From the NCBI RefSeq assembly GCF_009914755.1, contig NC_060928.1: a stretch of 64,000 nucleotides of DNA. One strand, given 5' to 3'. The notes under the pieces are model-generated. The model was not told where the DNA came from. It worked only from the letters and a program-made list of their open reading frames with translations, and made no database searches. This stretch comes from the human T2T-CHM13v2.0 reference genome, Homo sapiens. Each line of letters opens with the position of its first letter. Position 1 is the first letter of the stretch. Positions 54,801-64,000 of the stretch are shown piece by piece. A program made the position numbers and the translations under genes.

Positions 54801-57800
54801 ACATTCCTTTAGTAGAATCTGCAAGTTGATATTTAGATAGCTTTGAAGATTTCGTTGGAAACGGGAATATCTTCATAGAAAATCTAGACGGAAGCATTCT
54901 CAGAAACTGCTTTGTGATGTTTGCATTCAAGTCACAGAGTTGAATATTCCCTTTTATAGAGTAGGTTTGAAACACTCTTTCGGCACTACCTGGAAGTGGA
55001 TATTTCGAGCTCTTTGAGGCCTATGGTTAAAAGGAAATATCTTCCCATAAAAACTAGACAGAAGCCGTCTCAGAAACTTGTTTGTGATGTGTGTATTCAA
55101 CTAACAGAGTTGAACATTTCTGTTACAGAGCAATTTTAAAACACTCTTTTTGTGGAATCTGAAAGTGGATAATTGGATAGCTTTGTGGATTTCGTTGGAA
55201 ACGGGATGACGTATAAAATCTAGAGAGAAGCATTCTCAGGAACTTCTTTCTGATGTTTGCATTCAAGTCACAGAATTGAACATTCCTTTTCATAGTGCAG
55301 GTTTGAAACACTCTTTCTGTAGTATCTGGAAGTGGACATTTCAAGCGCTTTCAGGCCTACGGGGAGAAAGGAAATATCTTCAAATAAAAACTAGACAGAA
55401 GGATTCTCAGAAACTTATTTGTGATGTGTGTCCTAAACGAACACAGTTGAACCTTTGTTTTGATACAGCATTTTGGAAACACTCCTTTTGTAGGATCTGC
55501 AGGTGGATATTTGGATAGATTTTAAGATTTCGTTGGAAACGGGAGTTTCTTCATATAAACTCAAGACAGATGCATTCTCCGAAACATCTCTGTGATGTTT
55601 GCATTCCACTCATAGTGTTGAAAACATCCTTTCATAGAGCAGGTTTGAAACACTCTTTTTGTAATATTTGGAAGTGGACATTTGCAGCGCTTTGAGGCCT
55701 ATGGTGAAAAAGGAAATATCTTCTCATAAAAACCAGAAACAAGCATTCTCAGAAACTTCTTTTTGATGTGTGTACTCAAGTAACAGAGTTGAACCTTCCT
55801 TTTGACACAGCAGTTTTGAAACAATCTTTTTGTAGAATCTGCAAGTGGATATTTGGATAGCTTTGAGGATTTCGTTGGAAACGGGATATCTTCATATAAA
55901 ATCTAGACAGAAGCATTCTCAGAAACTTCTTTGTGCTGTATGTCCTCAATTAACAGAGTTGAACCATTGCTTGGATACAGCATTTTGGAAACATTCCTTG
56001 AGTAGAATCTGCAAGTTGATATTTAGATAGATTTGAAGATTTCGTTGGAAAAGGGAATATCTCCATATAAAATCTAGAGGGAAGCATTCTCAGAAACTGC
56101 TTTGTGATGTTTCCATTCAAGTCACAGAGTTGAATATTCCCTTTTATAGAGCACGTTTGAAACACTCTTTCTGCACTATCTGGAAGTGGACATTTCGAGC
56201 GCTTTGAGGCCTATGGTGAAAAAGGAAATATCTTCCCATAAAAACTAGACAGAAGCATTCTCAGAAACTTGTTTGTGATGTGTGTATTCAACTAACAGAG
56301 TTGAACTTTTGTTTTTACAGAGCCGTTTTAAAACACTCTTTTTGTGGAATCAGAAAGTGGATATTCGGATGGCTCTGAGGATTTCGTTGGAAGCGGGATT
56401 ACATATAAAATCTAGAGAGAAGCATTCTCAGGAACTTCTTTGTGATGTTTGCATTGAAGTCACAGAATTGAACATTCACTTTGATAGAGCAGGTTTGAAA
56501 CACTCATTCTGTAGTATCTGGAAGTGGACATTTCAAGCGCTTTCAGGCCTATGGTGAGAAAGGAAATATCTTCGAATGAAAACTAGACAGAAGCATCCTC
56601 AGAAACTTATTTGTGATGTGTGTCCTCAACTAACAGAGTTGAAACATTGTTTTGATACAGCATTTTGGAAACAGTCTTTTTGTAGAATCTGCAGGTGGAT
56701 ATTTGGATAGCTTAGAGGGATTCGTTGGAAAGGGGATATCTTCATATAAAATCTAGACAGAAGCATTCTCAGAAACTTATTTGTGATGTGTGTCCTCAAC
56801 TAACAGAGTTGAACCTTGGTTTTGATACAGCATTTTGGAAACACTCCTTTTGTAGAATCTGCAGGTGGATATGTGGATAGCTCTGAAGATTTCGTTGGAA
56901 ACGGGAATTTCTTCATATAAAATCAAACAGAAGCATTCTCAGAAACTTCTCAGTGATGTTTGCATTCAGCTCATGGAGTTGAACACTTCCTTTCATAGAG
57001 CCGGTTTGAAACACTCTTTCTGCACTACCTGGAAGAGGACATTTCGAGCGCTTTGAGTCCTATGGTGAAAAAGGAAATATCTTCTCATAAAAACCAGAAA
57101 GAAGCATTCTCAGAAACTTCTTTGTGTTGTGTGTACTCATGTAACAGTGTTGAACCATCCTTTTGACAGAGCAGTTTTGAAACACTCTTTTTGTAGAATC
57201 TGCAAGTGGATATTTGGATAGCTTTGAGGATTTCGTTGGAAACGGGATGACATATAATATCTAGAGAGAAGCATTCTCAGGAACTTCTTTGTGATGTTTG
57301 CATTCAAGTCACAGAATTGAACATTCCCTTTCATAGAGCAGGTTTGAAACACTCTTTCTCTAGTATCTGGAAGTGGGCATTTCAAGCGCTTTCAGGCCTA
57401 TGGAGAGAAAGGAAATACCTTCAAATAAAAACTAGACAGAAGCATTCTCAGAAACTTATTTGTGACGTGTGTCCTCAACTAACAGAGTTGAACCTTTGTT
57501 TTGATACAGCATTTTGGAAACACTCCTTTTGTAGAATCTGCAGGTGGATATTTGGATAGCTTTGAAGATTTCGTTGGAAACCGGAATATCTTCATATAAA
57601 ATCAAGACAGAAGCATTCTCGGAAACATCTCTGTGATGTTTGCATTCAACTCAGTAGAGTTGAACACTTCCTTTCATAGAGCAGGTTTGAAACACTCTTT
57701 CTGCACTACCTGGAAGCGGACATTTCGAGCGCTTTGAGGCCTATGGTGAAAAAGGAAATATCTTCTCATAAAAACCAGAAAGAAGCATTCTCAGAAACTT

Positions 57801-60800
57801 CTTTGTGTTGTGTGTACTCAAGTAACAGTGTTGAACCTTCCTTTTGACACAGCAGTTTTGAAACACTCTTTTGGTAGAATCTGCAAGTGGATATTTGGAT
57901 AGCTTTGAGGATTTCGTTGGAAACGGGTTATCTTCATATAAAATGCAGACAGGAGCATTCTCAGAAACTTCTTTGTGCTGTATGTCCTCAATTCACAGAG
58001 CTGAACCTTTGTTTGGATACAGCATTTTGGAGACATTCCTTTAGTAGAATCTGCAAGTTGATATTTAGATAGCTTTGAAGATTTCGTTGGAAACGGGAAT
58101 ATCTTCATAGAAAATCTAGACGGAAGCATTCTCAGAAACTGCTTTGTGATGTTTGCATTCAAGTCACAGAGTTGAATATTCCCTTTTATAGAGTAGGTTT
58201 GAAACACTCTTTCGGCACTACCTGGAAGTGGATATTTCGAGCTCTTTGAGGCCTATGGTTAAAAGGAAATATCTTCCCATAAAAACTAGACAGAAGCCGT
58301 CTCAGAAACTTGTTTGTGATGTGTGTATTCAACTACCAGAGTTGAACATTTCTGTTACAGAGCAATTTTAAAACACTCTTTTTGTGGAATCTGAAAGTGG
58401 ATAATTGGATAGCTTTGTGGATTTCGTTGGAAACGGGATGACGTATAAAATCTAGAGAGAAGCATTCTCAGGAACTCCTTTCTGATGTTTGCATTCAAGT
58501 CACAGAATTGAACATTCCTTTTCATAGTGCAGGTTTGAAACACTCTTTCTGTAGTATCTGGAAGTGGACATTTCAAGCGCTTTCAGGCCTACGGGGAGAA
58601 AGGAAATATCTTCAAATAAAAACTAGACAGAAGGATTCTCAGAAACTTATTTGTGATGTGTGTCCTAAACGAACACAGTTGAACCTTTGTTTTGATACAG
58701 CATTTTGGAAACACTCCTTTTGTAGGATCTGCAGGTGGATATTTGGATAGATTTTAAGATTTCGTTGGAAACGGGAGTTTCTTCATATAAACTCAAGACA
58801 GATGCATTCTCAGAAACTTCTCTGTGATGTTTGCATTCCACTCATAGAGTTGAAAACTTCCTTTCATAGAGCAGGTTTGAAACACTCTTTTTGTAATATT
58901 TGGAAGTGTACATTTGCAGCGCTTTGAGGCCTATGGTGAAAAAGGAAATATCTTCTCATAAAAACCAGAAACAAGCATTCTCAGAAACTTCTTTTTGATG
59001 TGTGTACTCAAGTAACAGAGTTGAACCTTCCTTTTGACACAGCAGTTTTGAAACAATCTTTTTGTAGAATCTGCAAGTGGATATTTGGATAGCTTTGAGG
59101 ATTTCGTTGGAAACGGGATATCTTCATATAAAATCTAGACAGAAGCATTCTCAGAAACTTCTTTGTGCTGTATGTCCTCAATTAACAGAGTTGAACCATT
59201 GCTTGGATACAGCATTTTGGAAACATTCCTTTAGTAGAATCTGCAAGTTGATATTTAGATAGATTTGAAGATTTCGTTGGAAAAGGGAATATCTCCATAG
59301 AAAATCTAGAGGGAAGCATTCTCAGAAACTGCTTTGTGATGTTTCCATTCAAGTCACAGAGTTGAATATTCCCTTTTATAGAGCACGTTTGAAACACTCT
59401 TTCTGCACTATCTGGAATTGGACATTTCGAGCGCTTTGAGGCCTATGGTGAAAAAGGAAATATCTTCCCACAAAAACTAGACAGAAGCATTCTCAGAAAC
59501 TTGTTTGTGATGTGTGTATTCAACTAACAGAGTTGAACTTTTGTTTTTACAGAGCCGTTTTAAAACACTCTTTTTGTGGAATCAGAAAGTGGATATTCGG
59601 ATGGCTCTGAGGATTTCGTGGGAAGCGGGATTACGTATAAAATCTAGAGAGAAGCATTCTCAGGAACTTCTTTGTGATGTTTGCATTGAAGTCACAGAAT
59701 TGAACATTCACTTTGATAGAGCAGGTTTGAAACACTCATTCTGTAGTATCTGGAAGTGGACATTTCAAGCGCTTTCAGGCCTATGGTGAGAAAGGAAATA
59801 TCTTCGAATAAAAACTAGACAGAAGCATCCTCAGAAATTATTTGTGATGTGTGTCCTCAACTAACAGAGTTGAAACTTTGTTTTGATACAGCATTTTGGA
59901 AACACTCTTTTTGTAGAATCTGCAGGTGGATATTTGGATAGCTTAGAGGGATTCGTTGGAAAGGGGATATCTTCATATAAAATCTAGACAGAAGCATTCT
60001 CAGAAACTTATTTGTGATGTGTGTCCTCAACTAACAGAGTTGAACCTTGGTTTTGATACAGCATTTTGGAAACACTCCTTTTGTAGAATCTGCAGGTGGA
60101 TATGTGGATAGCTCTGAAGATTTCGTTGGAAACGGGAATTTCTTCATATAAAATCAAACAGAAGCATTCTCAGAAACTTCTCAGTGATGTTTGCATTCAG
60201 CTCATGGAGTTGAACACTTCCTTTCATAGAGCCGGTTTGAAACACTCTTTCTGCACTACCTGGAAGAGGACATTTCGAGCGCTTTGAGTCCTATGGTGAA
60301 AAAGGAAATATCTTCTCATAAAAACCAGAAAGAAGCATTCTCAGAAACTTCTTTGTGTTGTGTGTACTCATGTAAAAGTGTTGAACCATCCTTTTGACAG
60401 AGCAGTTTTGAAACACTCTTTTTGTAGAATCTGCAAGTGGATATTTGGATAGCTTTGAGGATTTCGCTGGAAACGGGATGACATATAATATCTAGAGAGA
60501 AGCATTCTCAGGAACTTCTTTGTGATGTTTGCATTCAAGTCACAGAATTGAACATTCCCTTTCATAGAGCAGGTTTGAAACACTCTTTCTCTAGTATCTG
60601 GAAGTGGGCATTTCAAGCGCTTTCAGGCCTATGGAGAGAAAGGAAATACCTTCAAATAAAAACTAGACAGAAGCATTCTCAGAAACTTATTTGTGATGTG
60701 TGTCCTCAACTAACAGAGTTGAACCTTTGTTTTGATACAGCATTTTGGAAACACTCCTTTTGTAGAATCTGCAGGTGGATATTTGGATAGCTTTGAAGAT

Positions 60801-63800
60801 TTCGTTGGAAACCGGAATATCTTCATATAAAATCAAGACAGAAGCATTCTCGGAAACATCTCTGTGATGTTTGCATTCAACTCAGTAGAGTTGAACACTT
60901 CCTTTCATAGAGCAGGTTTGAAACACTCTTTCTGCACTACCTGGAAGCGGACATTTCGAGCGCTTTGAGGCCTATGGTGAAAAAGGAAATATCTTCTCAT
61001 AAAAACCAGAAAGAAGCATTCTCAGAAACTTCTTTGTGTTGTGTGTACTCAAGTAACAGTGTTGAACCTTCCTTTTGACACAGCAGTTTTGAAACACTCT
61101 TTTGGTAGAATCTGCAAGTGGATATTTGGATAGCTTTGAGGATTTCGTTGGAAACGGGTTATCTTCATATAAAATCCTGACAGGAGCATTCTCAGAAACT
61201 TCTTTGTGCTGTATGTCCTCAATTCACAGAGCTGAACCTTTGTTTGGATACAGCATTTTGGAGACATTCCTTTAGTAGAATCTGCAAGTTGATATTTAGA
61301 TAGCTTTGAAGATTTCGTTGGAAACGGGAATATCTTCATAGAAAATCTAGACGGAAGCATTCTCAGAAACTGCTTTGTGATGTTTGCATTCAAGTCACAG
61401 AGTTGAATATTCCCTTTTATAGAGTAGGTTTGAAACACTCTTTCGGCACTACCTGGAAGTGGATATTTCGAGCTCTTTGAGGCCTATGGTTAAAAGGAAA
61501 TATCTTCCCATAAAAACTAGACAGAAGCCGTCTCAGAAACTTGTTTGTGATGTGTGTATTCAACTAACAGAGTTGAACATTTCTGTTACAGAGCAATTTT
61601 AAAACACTCTTTTTGTGGAATCTGAAAGTGCATAATTGGATAGCTTTGTGGATTTCGTTGGAAACGGGATGACGTATAAAATCTAGAGAGAAGCATTCTC
61701 AGGAACTTCTTTCTGATGTTTGCATTCAAGTCACAGAATTGAACATTCCTTTTCATAGTGCAGGTTTGAAACACTCTTTCTGTAGTATCTGGAAGTGGAC
61801 ATTTCAAGCGCTTTCAGGCCTACGGGGAGAAAGGAAATATCTTCAAATAAAAACTAGACAGAAGGATTCTCAGAAACTTATTTGTGATGTGTGTCCTAAA
61901 CGAACACAGTTGAACCTTTGTTTTGATACAGCATTTTGGAAACACTCCTTTTGTAGGATCTGCAGGTGGATATTTGGATAGATTTTAAGATTTCGTTGGA
62001 AACGGGAGTTTCTTCATATAAACTCAAGACAGATGCATTCTCCGAAACATCTCTGTGATGTTTGCATTCCACTCATAGAGTTGAAAACTTCCTTTCATAG
62101 AGCAGGTTTGAAACACTCTTTTTGTAATATTTGGAAGTGGACATTTGCAGCGCTTTGAGGCCTATGGTGAAAAAGGAAATATCTTCTCATAAAAACCAGA
62201 AACAAGCATTCTCAGAAACTTCTTTTTGATGTGTGTACTCAAGTAACAGAGTTGAACCTTCCTTTTGACACAGCAGTTTTGAAACAATCTTTTTGTAGAA
62301 TCTGCAAGTGGATATTTGGATAGCTTTGAGGATTTCGTTGGAAACGGGATATCTTCATATAAAATCTAGACAGAAGCGTTCTCAGATACTTCTTTGTGCT
62401 GTATGTCCTCAATTAACAGAGTTGAACCATTGCTTGGATACAGCATTTTGGAAACATTCCTTGAGTAGAATCTGCAAGTTGATATTTAGATAGATTTGAA
62501 GATTTCGTTGGAAAAGGGAATATCTCCATATAAAATCTAGAGGGAAGCATTCTCAGAAACTGCTTTGTGATGTTTCCATTCAAGTCACAGAGTTGAATAT
62601 TCCCTTTTATAGAGCACGTTTGAAACACTCTTTCTGCACTATCTGGAAGTGGACATTTCGAGCGCTTTGAGGCCTATGGTGAAAAAGGAAATATCTTCCC
62701 ATAAAAACTAGACAGAAGCATTCTCAGAAACTTGTTTGTGATGTGTGTATTCAACTAACAGAGTTGACCTTTTGTTTTTACAGAGCCGTTTTAAAACACT
62801 CTTTTTGTGGAATCAGAAAGTGGATATTCGGATGGCTCTGAGGATTTCGTTGGAAGCGGGATTACATATAAAATCTAGAGAGAAGCATTCTCAGGAACTT
62901 CTTTGTGATGTTTGCATTGAAGTCACAGAATTGAACATTCACTTTGATAGAGCAGGTTTGAAACACTCATTCTGTAGTATCTGGAAGTGGACATTTCAAG
63001 CGCTTTCAGGCCTATGGTGAGAAAGGAAATATCTTCGAATAAAAACTAGACAGAAGCATCCTCAGAAACTTATTTGTGATGTGTGTCCTCAACTAACAGA
63101 GTTGAAACTTTGTTTTGATACAGCATTTTGGAAACACTCTTTTTGTAGAATCTGCAGGTGGATATTTGGATAGCTTAGAGGGATTCGTTGGAAAGGGGAT
63201 ATCTTCATATAAAATCTAGACAGAAGCATTCTCAGAAACTTATTTGTGATGTGTGTCCTCAACTAACAGAGTTGAACCTTGGTTTTGATACAGCATTTTG
63301 GAAACACTCCTTTTGTAGAATCTGCAGGTGGATATGTGGATAGCTCTGAAGATTTCATTGGAAACGGGAATTTCTTCATATAAAATCAAACAGAAGCATT
63401 CTCAGAAACTTCTCAGTGATGTTTGCATTCAGCTCATGGAGTTGAACACTTCCTTTCATAGAGCCGGTTTGAAACACTCTTTCTGCACTACCTGGAAGAG
63501 GACATTTCGAGCGCTTTGAGTCCTATGGTGAAAAAGGAAATATCTTCTCATAAAAACCAGAAAGAAGCATTCTCAGAAACTTCTTTGTGTTGTGTGTACT
63601 CATGTAACAGTGTTGAACCATCCTTTTGACAGAGCAGTTTTGAAACACTCTTTTTGTAGAATCTGCAAGTGGATATTTGGATAGCTTTGAGGATTTCACT
63701 GGAAACGGGATGACATATAATATCTAGAGAGAAGCATTCTCAGGAACTTCTTTGTGATGTTTGCATTCAAGTCACAGAATTGAACATTCCCTTTCATAGA

Positions 63801-64000
63801 GCAGGTTTGAAACACTCTTTCTCTAGTATCTGGAAGTGGGCATTTCAAGCGCTTTCAGGCCTATGGAGAGAAAGGAAATACCTTCAAATAAAAACTAGAC
63901 AGAAGCATTCTCAGAAACTTATTTGTGATGTGTGTCCTCAACTAACAGAGTTGAACCTTTGTTTTGATACAGCATTTTGGAAACACTCCTTTTGTAGAAT
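36890..64000 (+). repeat. Run of eight canonical 19-mer HORs plus a partial ninth
   Basis: Spacing 3232 x7, then 3231 because of a 1-bp deletion at ~59838 (CAGAAATTA vs CAGAAACTTA). Confidence 0.93.

Larger units (their letters stand above)
1..64000 (+). repeat. Centromeric alpha-satellite HOR array, probably human chr4 D4Z1 (S2C4H1L, SF2), canonical 19-mer of 3232 bp
   Basis: Seen: ~166-171-bp monomers starting CATTCTCAGAAAC, each with a CENP-B box (TTTCGTTGGAAACGGGA) or pJalpha-type box (CCTATGGTGAAAAAGGA), and near-identical recurrence every 3232 bp. Knowledge: a ~3.2-kb 19-mer SF2 HOR is characteristic of D4Z1. The alpha-satellite call is near certain; the chromosome call is less so. Confidence 0.93.

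Noticed and set aside
387-63519. About 170 ORFs of 61-129 aa on both strands
   Set aside because: They recur with HOR periodicity, resemble each other at monomer scale, often start at GTG/TTG, overlap on opposite strands and show no recognisable domain. They are chance open frames in satellite DNA.
1-64000. CRISPR-like repeat/spacer organisation or a novel prokaryotic repeat system
   Set aside because: There are no unique spacers and no cas or other genes. The whole monomer is repeated and carries CENP-B and pJalpha boxes diagnostic of alpha satellite.
1-64000. L1/Alu insertion, inversion, or transition to monomeric or other satellite
   Set aside because: No poly-A tails or foreign sequence were seen. 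All monomers read in the same direction and all landmark spacings are explained by whole-monomer gains or losses.
36890-64000. Calling this stretch the kinetochore or centromere dip region
   Set aside because: That requires CENP-A and methylation data; homogeneity and box density only indicate an active-type array.

Overview
All 64 kb is one uninterrupted, single-orientation array of primate centromeric alpha-satellite (~171-bp monomers) organised as a homogeneous higher-order repeat (HOR). The canonical unit is 3232 bp and 19 monomers, with dimeric-family (SF2-like) A/B monomers. This best fits the active human chromosome 4 array D4Z1 (S2C4H1L); the assignment is from recalled knowledge and was not searched. 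There are no genes, RNA genes, transposon insertions or inversions, and all ORFs are satellite artefacts. Using one recurring landmark (starts at 824, 3375, 5587, 8819, 12393, 15967, 19541, 22773, 26005, 28556, 31788, 34339, 36890, 40122 ... 59514, 62745), unit lengths run 15,13,19,21,21,21,19,19,15,19,15,15-mer, then eight 19-mers. I found no new gene-based system. The informative signal is array architecture: hybrid-monomer breakpoints, a 5783-bp (19+15) super-repeat, a 21-mer built from two diverged haplotypes, a 5-HOR (~16.16 kb) echo, and an internal 7+1+4+7 ancestry. Monomer numbers m1-m19 are my own local labels (m1 starts at 116 and at 39413).
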